Shown piece after piece: positions 1 through 9,217 of a stretch of 62,779 nt of DNA. The stretch's first letter is position 1. Every line of letters begins with the position of its first letter. Under the pieces are notes generated by a model. It did not search any database. It saw only the letters and a program-made list of their open reading frames with translations, and was not told the DNA's origin. The stretch comes from a virus (Duplodnaviria; Caudoviricetes), in the IMG/VR virus record IMGVR_UViG_3300010413_002075, positions 1-62,779 of that record, one strand, 5' to 3'. The position numbers were made by a program, and so were the translations under genes.

Positions 1-228
1 CTTCACACAAACGACAGGTTTGCCATCAGGTTCTAGTGCCTTGGTTGCAATATAGCGGTCAATGTCCGCTAAAAATTTCCATCCTGTCCCGCCACCAAGT
101 CGCAATGGTTTGCCGTCTATAGTAAGATAATTCTCAGCAAATGATACTGGGTCTATCTTAAGAACCTCTTTCTTCAGGTCTTCAAACCATTTTTCCATAG
201 TGGAATGGGACTTGCTGTTTGTCGCCAC
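1..228 (-). CDS. Probable terminase large subunit, N-terminal part (runs off the window)
   Basis: Hand-translated from a GTG overlapping the upstream stop: VATNSKSHSTMEKWFEDLKKEVLKIDPVSFAENYLTIDGKP...KPVVCVK. The DPVxFxENY segment and the hydrophobic strand ending in K resemble the start of T4 gp17-like terminases just before Walker A. Confidence 0.6.
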   Translation of the reverse strand, partial: MATNSKSHSTMEKWFEDLKKEVLKIDPVSFAENYLTIDGKPLRLGGGTGWKFLADIDRYIATKALEPDGKPVVCVK

Positions 229-1778
229 TATTTTGCTCCATCGTATCTCATATAATCGGCCTCATCGTCATCATAATGTTCATCTACATCTGTGCCTACA
301 CGACCGACATCTTCCGAACCTTTTCCTGGCACTACATTTTCTTTGTAATGCCCTTTACGTTCTTGTAAATATTTCTTGAGTTCCTCGTCGGAGAAACTCA
401 CATCTTTGCCTAATAAATTGCGCAAAAAGTATATGAGTGAGTGGATGTTTTTAGTTCCACCGCTGTGTTCACAATGACTGTCGATTGCTTTTTGTAATTC
501 AGGATCTTTTTTGATCCGCTCCACAATCGATTTAGCTTCTTCATTAGCATGACGTATTGATAGTGGCCTGAGAGATGCCTTCGACGTTTTGACTTCTTTG
601 ACAGGCTTATCTGGTCTAAATCTAGACCAACCAACATGTCTAAATTTGCCCGATGGCATACGCTCTTGAAATGTTATTTCTACGACAATTGATTTGCCAG
701 CATCTATATCTTTTTTGAGTTTTGCTTCATCTTCCTTACTCATTCCACTAAGCTTACCAACTTCAAACAATTCGCTTCCTTTGTATTGATACATTGGAAA
801 TACTAACTTGTCTTCTTTCTTGGTGTATTTATTTAATATAACCTCATCAACTTTGGCTTTAGCGCCAGGCTTGTATTTGGCCCATTCGCCATGCGGCTCA
901 TTTGATCCTTTTGCGCCATATTTGTATTCCGAATCTTTTGGTTTTAATACAATACCTTCGGCATTTACTTTCAGCGCATCATTAATGGCTTTATCTTTGT
1001 CAGAATAACTATAGTTGTCCACTATCTTAACGGTATCAGCTCCTTTGCCAATTAAGCTTTTAAGTTTATCATATCTTTCAATATACTTTTGTTTTGTTAT
1101 GTCACTTCCTCCCGACCATAACAAATCGTAAACATAAAATACCATTTTGCCGTCGCCGCTCTTGATTTTTTCCTGTGCCTTTTCAGGAGAACTGCTGACA
1201 ACAGTTTGGATATCCGATATAGATTGTTTGCCCTTAGAGTCTTCCCAGACCAACTCTCCAAGCACAAAACTGCCACTTTTCATCTTGCTCTCTAGATCTT
1301 TTACCAAACTTGGCACATTAGAAGTAAAATCTTCTCCACGTCTAGTATATAATTTTACAGCTCCAGCTTTATCTTTAATGGCCTGGGTCTTAAAACCATC
1401 TAATTTAATTTGTACTACAATTTCACTATCATCGTGGTCTTTTAGAATATCATCGGGATCTTTAAGTTTTTTTAATTTCATTGGTGCAATAGGGCCCAAC
1501 CCTGATGCATGCCGCAATGAAAGAGGTCTACAATTCACACTGGCTTGTTTAACAGTAATAGGATCTTCCTCTGCCGAATTTATTATATCGAGACCAACCT
1601 GTTCGCGGTAACTTTGTACGACACTTTCTACAGTCTCTGTTTTTTTGTTAAGAATGGCGTTTAAGATGTCTTGAACAGAAGCAGGCTTTTCTTTGGCAAA
1701 TGATTGCAAAAAATCATTAAACCAATCTGCTCCTTTTTCATCTCTAACATATATGTCGTTACGAGATACCTTTGTCAT
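228..1778 (-). CDS. ATP-dependent DNA ligase domain embedded in an unknown protein
   Basis: Nucleotidyltransferase motifs KLDG (I), GELV (III), YVYDLL (IIIa), EGIVLK (IV), WAKYK (V) and a short OB-like region. About 90 aa and 105 aa of non-ligase sequence flank it. Confidence 0.85.
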   Translation of the reverse strand: MTKVSRNDIYVRDEKGADWFNDFLQSFAKEKPASVQDILNAILNKKTETVESVVQSYREQVGLDIINSAEEDPITVKQASVNCRPLSLRHASGLGPIAPMKLKKLKDPDDILKDHDDSEIVVQIKLDGFKTQAIKDKAGAVKLYTRRGEDFTSNVPSLVKDLESKMKSGSFVLGELVWEDSKGKQSISDIQTVVSSSPEKAQEKIKSGDGKMVFYVYDLLWSGGSDITKQKYIERYDKLKSLIGKGADTVKIVDNYSYSDKDKAINDALKVNAEGIVLKPKDSEYKYGAKGSNEPHGEWAKYKPGAKAKVDEVILNKYTKKEDKLVFPMYQYKGSELFEVGKLSGMSKEDEAKLKKDIDAGKSIVVEITFQERMPSGKFRHVGWSRFRPDKPVKEVKTSKASLRPLSIRHANEEAKSIVERIKKDPELQKAIDSHCEHSGGTKNIHSLIYFLRNLLGKDVSFSDEELKKYLQERKGHYKENVVPGKGSEDVGRVGTDVDEHYDDDEADYMRYDGAK

Positions 1779-1787
1779 GGCCGCCTC

Positions 1788-1982
1788 TTAGATGTTGATT
1801 TCTATCTTCCAAGTTTCTTCTGCTTCTTCGATAATCTGTTCTTTCTGCTTGGGCGCACTAGGAGGTTCAATATACGCCCATTCTCTGGCCCATTCCTCTT
1901 CTTCTTCGTTAAATTCTTCATATGCTATTATTTCCTTAATCAATTCCTCTAATTCTTCTGGAATTTCGGTATGATTAACCAT
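1788..1982 (-). CDS. Small acidic hypothetical protein
   Basis: ORF fills the gap between neighbours; likely start MVNH after an AGGAG RBS. Confidence 0.5.
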   Translation of the reverse strand: MVNHTEIPEELEELIKEIIAYEEFNEEEEEWAREWAYIEPPSAPKQKEQIIEEAEETWKIEINI

Positions 1983-1993
1983 ATTAGCTCCTA

Positions 1994-2914
1994 TTATGCT
2001 TGATAATTGGTTAGCCAATCAACCCCATCGCCTGAGGCCGGATCAGATGGCTCGTTTAATAGACCTCTATCCTTATATACTGGATATCCATAATCGGAAA
2101 TCAACTGTTGAATAGCAAGCTCTTCGCGAGGCGTAAAATTATATTTGTTCTTGAGTCTTTCATAAGTCTCTTCTATGTTACGTCCAGCCGACACCTTAGA
2201 GTTAATCATAGTCCCAACTATTGCACGCTCAAAAGCACTCACATAAACATTGATAACTGGCGTACTAGCTGTTTTTTCCAGAGCGTCATTCTTTCGCATT
2301 TCTTCGTTTTCACAGCTCATACATACCAATTTGTCATTCACAGTATCATGCCACATTGGTGCAGACGAATTACATTTTTCGCAATGTCCTTCGCTCACCA
2401 GACGGACATCTAAGGATGCTTTCTTTGTTCCAGTTAATTTTTTAATCTGCTTGTCAAGACGATCGATCATATCTTCTAATTGCTTTCTAACCTGATCTAC
2501 CTCACGTTCGTCAATAACCCCTTCTAGGTCTGTTCGCATAGCTTTGCTAATTTCGCCATCCAAGTTTTTCAAGAACGCTTTTGCTCGCTCGCATCCAGGA
2601 ACAGTTTCGCCGGAATGCCGAGGAATTTTAGTAAGCTTGTCTTTAAGATAGCTTGTAAAATCAGCATGATCTCCATGTTCTCTCCAAGTTCGCGGCCCTT
2701 TTTCTTCTTCCTTATGTTCTTCAAACCTACATCCAGGTGCTCCTGGAACTTCTAGGTGGCCCTCGCCAGAAGGTTCTTCTTCGACTATGATGACTTCAGG
2801 CATTTCAGCTTCATCTTCACCAACTAGAAGTTCTGATATATCTTCTAGATCGAAGTCTCGTGCCTCATCGACCATCATAATATCTGTCATGTCATAGAAA
2901 TTTGGCATCTCCAA
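1994..2914 (-). CDS. Hypothetical protein with Zn ribbon, possibly virion-associated
   Basis: 306-aa ORF; CEKC...CMSC; acidic N-terminus; GGAGG RBS. Confidence 0.7.
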   Translation of the reverse strand: MEMPNFYDMTDIMMVDEARDFDLEDISELLVGEDEAEMPEVIIVEEEPSGEGHLEVPGAPGCRFEEHKEEEKGPRTWREHGDHADFTSYLKDKLTKIPRHSGETVPGCERAKAFLKNLDGEISKAMRTDLEGVIDEREVDQVRKQLEDMIDRLDKQIKKLTGTKKASLDVRLVSEGHCEKCNSSAPMWHDTVNDKLVCMSCENEEMRKNDALEKTASTPVINVYVSAFERAIVGTMINSKVSAGRNIEETYERLKNKYNFTPREELAIQQLISDYGYPVYKDRGLLNEPSDPASGDGVDWLTNYQA

Positions 2915-2925
2915 ATCCTCCTAAT

Positions 2926-3594
2926 TTATCTGTTTACTTGTCTTGGGCCAAACCATGCGTCTGATAATTCCCATAACAAGCCAGTATCAGCTCTTTTGTC
3001 TTCATATTTTTGCCTGTATTCGGCCAGATATTTTTCTATTTTATCGAATGTATCTGCATATTCGGCTTTAACGCGACTGAGTTTTTCTAACAAGCTGTCC
3101 AGTATATCAGCTTTTTCTTCGTCGCCAGCTTTGTCATATTTGTCACCAAGTTTAATTAGTTCTTCGACTGTACTAAATCCAAGTAGACTGAACAGCCCAA
3201 AGAACAAATTACGACTTTCGTTGTTATCAGCATAAAATCCTAGCGGATATCCATATAATCCATCTAACCCAATTCCATGAAAGGTTTGGGGATAAAGAGG
3301 ACTCCCTTTAAATGCCGGAACTCTTTTGCCTGCCGCCGTATCGCCAAAATCACAATCAACTTTGCCATGTTCCTCTAATATCTTATCAGCATAAGGACAA
3401 TTGCGACATTCTTTATGATAAGCATAAACCAGCCTATTAGCTTTTCCAACTTCTTCAAGTTCCTTTTCATCTTCAATAGGAGCCATTCTTATTATTGATT
3501 TACCGGCATTTTCACATGCTTCTGGAATAGGTAAACCAAAAGGACAGGCGCGAACATTTTTACCACGTATTGTGGCTTTTTTGTTTTTAGGCAT
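2926..3594 (-). CDS. Cys-rich hypothetical protein with the LxxxxDxxG helical motif
   Basis: 222-aa ORF in operon; several Cys; contains ELIKLGDKYDKAGDEEKADILDSLL. Confidence 0.7.
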   Translation of the reverse strand: MPKNKKATIRGKNVRACPFGLPIPEACENAGKSIIRMAPIEDEKELEEVGKANRLVYAYHKECRNCPYADKILEEHGKVDCDFGDTAAGKRVPAFKGSPLYPQTFHGIGLDGLYGYPLGFYADNNESRNLFFGLFSLLGFSTVEELIKLGDKYDKAGDEEKADILDSLLEKLSRVKAEYADTFDKIEKYLAEYRQKYEDKRADTGLLWELSDAWFGPRQVNR

Positions 3595-4543
3595 TTTTTT
3601 GAACCGGTGACCCAGGATATTTTCGTCTTAAATCATCAACATACTTCTTAGCTTCTGGTCTAACTTCATCTGCATTTCCCTTAAAACTTCGTTCATCAGA
3701 GGTTTGGTCGGTATCTAAGTTAACAACTTCGACATCTATTGTGGTGGTCCCTAACCATGCAGACTCATCCCATGTTATTTTGTATCGTCCAGAAGCAGCT
3801 TTAACTGGCATTCCATAATCTAAATTACGACGCCAAAATGCCGGAACAAAATCCCTACATTCGTCTTTATGAATTTGCTTCAATTTAGTATAGTACTTTT
3901 GGTCCTTCTTTTTCTTGCCATCTTTAAATTCTTCTGACAAATGATCTCGTGCAATTTCACGCGCTAAGTCGGGATTATTAGTATGTTCCATTTCTACTTC
4001 TTGGCCCATTTCTAATTCTTTTTTGTTAAGTTTGTCTTCTGTAATGCCATCGCCTTCTCCGCCATGCAATACATCTTCATACAGCATTTCCTCTTTGTTT
4101 ACTTTCTTTTTCTTTTCTTTTTTCTCTTTAGATACCTTTACAACGCCAGGAAGTGGAGCTTCGCCACGGACTCCAGCGACCGCATTAGGACCGCCGTCAT
4201 CTTTGTAATTGCCACCACCAAACAATTTAGAAATTGCTGCCCAACTTTTCCCTGTTATTTCTTTTACCAATCGTTCAAAATCACTGTCTCTAGCTTTGTC
4301 ATCAGCAGGTTGTGCTTGACCAGTAGGCTGAGCCTTTTGAACTTGGGCTCTCATTTGTTCCAAAGAAGCAACTTGGGTTTCTATATTTTTAACCAATTTA
4401 TTTACCTGATCTATCTGTGCAGGCAAATTCTGCAACATAGGACTAAGCTTATCTAATTCAGTCTTTAAAGTATTAACATTTTGCGTAGTAGTAGTTGCCG
4501 GTAGTCCTTGTTGTGGCTGCGCTCGCTTTGAAATCATTTTCAT
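3587..4543 (-). CDS. Phage protein with a DUF5661-like domain
   Basis: ELEMGQEVEMEHT...AREIARDHLSE...YYTKL matches my recollection of this phage domain; N-terminal coiled coil. Confidence 0.6.
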   Translation of the reverse strand: MKMISKRAQPQQGLPATTTTQNVNTLKTELDKLSPMLQNLPAQIDQVNKLVKNIETQVASLEQMRAQVQKAQPTGQAQPADDKARDSDFERLVKEITGKSWAAISKLFGGGNYKDDGGPNAVAGVRGEAPLPGVVKVSKEKKEKKKKVNKEEMLYEDVLHGGEGDGITEDKLNKKELEMGQEVEMEHTNNPDLAREIARDHLSEEFKDGKKKKDQKYYTKLKQIHKDECRDFVPAFWRRNLDYGMPVKAASGRYKITWDESAWLGTTTIDVEVVNLDTDQTSDERSFKGNADEVRPEAKKYVDDLRRKYPGSPVQKNA

Positions 4544-5310
4544 TAAAGGGCCCTCACTAATCTTCTTTGTTGTATTAACATATCAGAAATTGTTTTGGTT
4601 AGAGGAACTAGCGGGAGAAGTTTAAACTTTATTAACATCTCAATTCCATTGTCGTCATCTATCTTAACAATTTCATTCATTTTATCTTGTACAAATTTTA
4701 CAGGAAGATCTTGTATTTTCTTCCTATTGTTCATCATTGCTGTCTTCAATTTTTCTTCTATTTTAAATCCAAATCGAACGGCGAATTTAATAGCTCTTAA
4801 AATTCTTCTAGCATCAACGCCAATTGTGATTTCTGGATCAACCGGACAACGGATAATCCCAGCTTGAATATCCCCAATTCCTTCACCAGTTAAATCGTAT
4901 ACAGTCGTAAAATCCATACTTTCAAGCAAAGTATTCATTGTGAAATCTCTGCTATATAGTTCTAATTTCATGGAATCTATGTCTTTTACGCCTTCCTTTT
5001 TAAGCGCTTCCTCTACGCCAGGCGCCACAAAATTACTAGAAAAATCTATGTGTACACCCATGATATCGATTGATGCATGCCCATCATCATATGTTCGATA
5101 TGTGCTATTGGGCATAGACTTGCTTATTCGTTCAGCCAGCAATAATGAATTTTTAGAACCAGTTGTTAGGTCTATATCTTTAATATCCGACTTACCACTG
5201 CGTTTTCCCAATATGCGATCTCGTGGCACACCACCTACAATAAATGGTTTGCCAAACTTGGATGCACGAGCAATTTGCTCTATTTGAGACAGTAGTTCGT
5301 CAATTTTCAT
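4543..5310 (-). CDS. tRNA nucleotidyltransferase (CCA-adding / poly(A) polymerase class II)
   Basis: VGGVPRD, DIDL, RDFTMN and RILRAIKF motifs; likely start MKIDELL. Confidence 0.85.
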   Translation of the reverse strand: MKIDELLSQIEQIARASKFGKPFIVGGVPRDRILGKRSGKSDIKDIDLTTGSKNSLLLAERISKSMPNSTYRTYDDGHASIDIMGVHIDFSSNFVAPGVEEALKKEGVKDIDSMKLELYSRDFTMNTLLESMDFTTVYDLTGEGIGDIQAGIIRCPVDPEITIGVDARRILRAIKFAVRFGFKIEEKLKTAMMNNRKKIQDLPVKFVQDKMNEIVKIDDDNGIEMLIKFKLLPLVPLTKTISDMLIQQRRLVRAL

Positions 5311-5314
5311 AGTT

Positions 5315-6760
5315 TTATTCCGTTGGCAATTCTTTCTTAACTTCTCCAACAGGCTTGCTCATTAACTCACCAGTGTCTATAGGTTTGGCTGCTGGAGGAG
5401 ATGGTGGTACAGCTAATGCTGGTACTGGCGCAGCTGGAGGAACAGGTTCTTTGGGTTTGCTTGTTCCACTCCCGCGCAGCTTAGCAACAATATTTTCTAC
5501 CTTATTACTTGCGTATCCAAATGATTCGATCAGTTTGGCCTGAGCATCAGTCAGCTCTGGAAAATAACTGGCCATGCCCATTTCATTCAATAGAATATCA
5601 ATACTGGCCAATTCGCGTATCATATCCCGTGATTTAAGTGCCTTACTTATAGCTTCAAGACGATTAATCACAGATTGTACATTTGTCATTTGGGCGCTTT
5701 GAGGCGGAAGATTTGGTTCTTTTGAAGCCCCTTCAGGCAATGACTGCATTACATCTTCGCCAACTTCTGGTTCAGCAGCGATCTTATGTAAAAACTCGGC
5801 GCCTTCATCAAAACCAAATTTACTCATTCTGTTTGCTGAACGGATTATACAATCTTGTATGGAAGCATAAACATCCAATTTGCTAACGCTTTTTTCCAAC
5901 TTATATAACTCATCATATATATGATCTAGATCTTGTTTTGGAAGAATATCATTATATTTTTCAACTAATCGTTTAAAAGAACGCAACCTGGCTTTCATTT
6001 GGTTTTTAAACCGATTAGCTTTATGCAATTCTTCCTCTCGTCTAGTTCGCTCTCTATTTTGTTGGCGTGTAGACATATACATTTTGTCATCAGCACGATC
6101 CTCTTTACTCACCCATGATTCTGGAAGAGAATAGGCAGGCTCAAATGCTTCTTTGATAAATTTGGCTGTTTTCACGTTATACTTCTCCGTAGTTCCATCT
6201 TCGTAGTATCGCATCCAATTTACAAACTTTTGTTTTTCATCTGAATCCCAATCTAATGTAAAGTGGTCTATAGCTTCCTGCCTATCCAGCTTTTTGGCAT
6301 GCAAAGAAGCATAAATATTTTTCAAAGCGCTTATCCATCTATCTACATCATATATAGGTTCACGATTTTCTTTTCCTGCAATATTTGGATAAGCTTTCTT
6401 AGATAGCCTATCACACAACCACTTGTGTATGAGCAATCTATGATCTGTTAAATCATCTAGCTTATATTCGCCACCACGTCTATGTTTCATCATAAAATGA
6501 TGTAAATCTTTCTTACGCATTGGATCAACTTTCATTCCAAATGTATCATCTAAAATATCATCGGCAAATCGTATAATGAAAAAATATGCATTATAATCCT
6601 CATCATTATCTACGCCTAAATCACTAGCATATTGTGCGTCTGCGACTAACTCGTCTATTAGGGCATCACTCATACCCTTTTGAGTAGCCTCATGGAGCCG
6701 TCTTCTCATATAATCATTAATGGTACCTTCTTGAAAAGCACGTACAATTTTATTTGTCAT
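5315..6760 (-). CDS. Hypothetical protein, possibly virion-associated
   Basis: Long ORF; likely start MTNK after GAGGAG; Pro-rich C-terminus. Confidence 0.7.
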   Translation of the reverse strand: MTNKIVRAFQEGTINDYMRRRLHEATQKGMSDALIDELVADAQYASDLGVDNDEDYNAYFFIIRFADDILDDTFGMKVDPMRKKDLHHFMMKHRRGGEYKLDDLTDHRLLIHKWLCDRLSKKAYPNIAGKENREPIYDVDRWISALKNIYASLHAKKLDRQEAIDHFTLDWDSDEKQKFVNWMRYYEDGTTEKYNVKTAKFIKEAFEPAYSLPESWVSKEDRADDKMYMSTRQQNRERTRREEELHKANRFKNQMKARLRSFKRLVEKYNDILPKQDLDHIYDELYKLEKSVSKLDVYASIQDCIIRSANRMSKFGFDEGAEFLHKIAAEPEVGEDVMQSLPEGASKEPNLPPQSAQMTNVQSVINRLEAISKALKSRDMIRELASIDILLNEMGMASYFPELTDAQAKLIESFGYASNKVENIVAKLRGSGTSKPKEPVPPAAPVPALAVPPSPPAAKPIDTGELMSKPVGEVKKELPTE

Positions 6761-7478
6761 TAGGCTCCTCTTCGAATTCAGCGTCCTGCAGGTCCTCAAG
6801 CTTTACTGGTTCAGGCAATGCTTGTGGCCTATACGTGGTATTAGCCATCTTTTCATTAAGCTTTTCTAAAAACAACATCGCTCTTTCGGGTTCGAAATCA
6901 GCGATGCACTCTCTTATAACATCTCGTATAACTGCTATTTGATCGTTGAAAACCGTAATATTTACATTATGATCTATTGTTTTATCCGCTAATCCTTCTA
7001 CAAATTTTTTGTATTGGGCTAACAAATTCATTTGTCGATCCATAAATTGTCTTAATTCCTTGTCTCCTTTAGATGCTGATTCTTCCCCACTCGCTACAGC
7101 ATTAAACCAGTATTCCATTCTGGTTTCTATTATTTTATCTAATTCTAAAATCTTTCTAGCGACATCTAGTTTGGAATCTACTATTTCATTTAGCTTGCGA
7201 TTATATGCATCCGATGCTTCAAGTTGTTTCTGGCGGTCTTGTTCTTCAACCATTTGTTTCTGCACGCGGCCAGCTTCTTGTATGTCTTTCAACACTCTGC
7301 CTTCTAATTGCAAATGATCTTTTCTAAATTTTTGAAGCGTTACAGACGAAAGCCATAAACCTTTATTATTAGGATATTTCTCTTTCAACTTGGCTTCAAC
7401 ACCACGAACAGATTCGCCGTTGTTGAGCATTTCAATAATTTCTTCTTTATCCGGATGCTTTAATATTTTCTTGCTCAT
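6750..7478 (-). CDS. Hypothetical protein, N-terminal HTH-like plus coiled coil (small-terminase-like architecture possible)
   Basis: Helical N-terminus followed by coiled coil; function is inference only. Confidence 0.55.
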   Translation of the reverse strand: MSKKILKHPDKEEIIEMLNNGESVRGVEAKLKEKYPNNKGLWLSSVTLQKFRKDHLQLEGRVLKDIQEAGRVQKQMVEEQDRQKQLEASDAYNRKLNEIVDSKLDVARKILELDKIIETRMEYWFNAVASGEESASKGDKELRQFMDRQMNLLAQYKKFVEGLADKTIDHNVNITVFNDQIAVIRDVIRECIADFEPERAMLFLEKLNEKMANTTYRPQALPEPVKLEDLQDAEFEEEPNDK

Positions 7479-8068
7479 TACCAAATCTCTTTGCCTCGGC
7501 GCTCATTATAATAATTTCTCATAAGCTCATAAGTTCTCGGATCTTTTTCTCTGCCTTCTCCACTTTTAATACGACTGACTATTCCATATAGTTCCTTCAG
7601 CTTTTCAAAGTCTTTAGCATATTCTTTCTGATCAATCTCTTTTCCCTCATAAGCTCCCTGTCCCCAAATCTCATCTTCTAATTCAATAACACTATCCACC
7701 AATTTTATGATATCGTTTTGAACTTGATACCACATAGATGCCCCGGCTTGTCCGGTTCCTGGTGTCTGATATGAACGGACATTTTCTTTTAATAGATTTT
7801 GTACGATCTGCATTACTTCTTCAGTAATATCGTAATCTATTTTGCTCTCTGGATCTCTTTGTTTCTCTTGTAGGGTTCTTTCTAAATCCAAAACTAATTG
7901 CATCACTCTAGGCGATGGTTGATCTGGTGACGCTTCTTCTTCTACCCTTTTTTGAATTATGTCATGTATCTCGGCCGCCTCTTTAATAATAGAGTCCAGG
8001 GCCTCCGCCTCACCATGAAAGCCTCTAGCATCCAATATGTCAGCTAACATGATTAGGCTATCAATCAT
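7478..8068 (-). CDS. Hypothetical protein with N-terminal LADxLDxxG motif
   Basis: MIDSLIMLADILDARGFHGEAEALDSIIKEA; translationally coupled to neighbours. Confidence 0.7.
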   Translation of the reverse strand: MIDSLIMLADILDARGFHGEAEALDSIIKEAAEIHDIIQKRVEEEASPDQPSPRVMQLVLDLERTLQEKQRDPESKIDYDITEEVMQIVQNLLKENVRSYQTPGTGQAGASMWYQVQNDIIKLVDSVIELEDEIWGQGAYEGKEIDQKEYAKDFEKLKELYGIVSRIKSGEGREKDPRTYELMRNYYNERRGKEIW

Positions 8069-9207
8069 TAGTTTACCCTGTTTGTAATATTCTCTCGGCT
8101 ATCAAAAATTCTGTGCGGAATAGCATATCCTGACGAATCTGGCGTTTGTGCTGCCACTGACCCACCTGGATGTTCATTACCGTCATAATCGGTCCAACCA
8201 GTTTCCCAATTGTAGATCTGTCCATCAAGCGGGCATTGGAAAGTGCTTTCACCAACTCTTCCTACTTGAACACCAACATGATCCGGACAATATCTTGTGC
8301 TCAAGTGTCCTGCTTCTACATGTTGCATGGTGTGAACATGATGTTTTTCTCTACCTTCTCGGTCTACTCTTTCTTGTTTAGTTTTTGGTTCACGAACCTG
8401 CAAGGCGTGATGATGTTTAGCATCATATCGTTTACTTTGTTCTGTGTCTCCTTCACCCTTGTAATCAAGAAAATCTTCAGCCTGTTTGTTTATAAATCCG
8501 TCGATCAAGTTTGCTTCTTCAACTGCACCAACTTTATCAAGGCGATCTGCTAATTCAGCTAGCTTTTGTAATGTTTCTTGTTTGGTTCCAAGGCTAAGCT
8601 CTTGCTTTTCTGCCGGAGGAGGAAGTGTGGTTCCTTCTTCATCTTTCACACCAAACTTATCATAATGGTTATCCAAAAGCTTTTTCAGATTGTCCAAATT
8701 ATTTTTGTGCGGATGGCTGAAATAAATATCCAAGAAAGATAAAATATGATTTACCCAATCTGTTTTGCCAAATTCATCGTCTTCGATATATCTGTCTTCG
8801 TAGCCGGCTTGTTTCTTCATTTGCTGTTTGAGATTGGCAATAACCCCACCTTCTTCAGAATATTCTTTGGAGAATTTCATGTATTCTCCTAACATACTGA
8901 CCAACTGATCGTGAAGTTCTTTAGTAGGCTCTGCTAAAAACTTTTCTGTTATCTCTGGGATAGGTGACGATTTTTCTCTGGCACCCGGAATAAGTCCTTC
9001 TGCTGGTGGGCCAGCTTCTTCTTGTTTTTGTTCTTCAAAAAATCGTTCCGGTTGATGCTCTGGAAGGTCTAGCTCTTCCTCGGCCATACCTTCACCAAGT
9101 TTAGACAAACCTTCTAACAAAGCGTCAATTGCTGCCGCTTTTTCAAACTCTCCTTCTTTGTCCAAGCGATCTGCTAATGCTATTAGTTCTTTAATGTTGA
9201 AAGCCAT
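8068..9207 (-). CDS. Hypothetical protein with two LADRLDxxG motifs and a C-terminal Cys/His domain
   Basis: LADRLDKEG and LADRLDKVG; CPDH...CPLDG. Confidence 0.75.
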   Translation of the reverse strand: MAFNIKELIALADRLDKEGEFEKAAAIDALLEGLSKLGEGMAEEELDLPEHQPERFFEEQKQEEAGPPAEGLIPGAREKSSPIPEITEKFLAEPTKELHDQLVSMLGEYMKFSKEYSEEGGVIANLKQQMKKQAGYEDRYIEDDEFGKTDWVNHILSFLDIYFSHPHKNNLDNLKKLLDNHYDKFGVKDEEGTTLPPPAEKQELSLGTKQETLQKLAELADRLDKVGAVEEANLIDGFINKQAEDFLDYKGEGDTEQSKRYDAKHHHALQVREPKTKQERVDREGREKHHVHTMQHVEAGHLSTRYCPDHVGVQVGRVGESTFQCPLDGQIYNWETGWTDYDGNEHPGGSVAAQTPDSSGYAIPHRIFDSRENITNRVN

Positions 9208-9217
9208 TTTTTACTCC

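Noticed and set aside
228-1778. Ligase insert or DnaE/RecA insertions as inteins
   Set aside because: No C/S...HN-C/S/T splice junctions or homing-endonuclease motifs; DnaE and RecA are of normal length.
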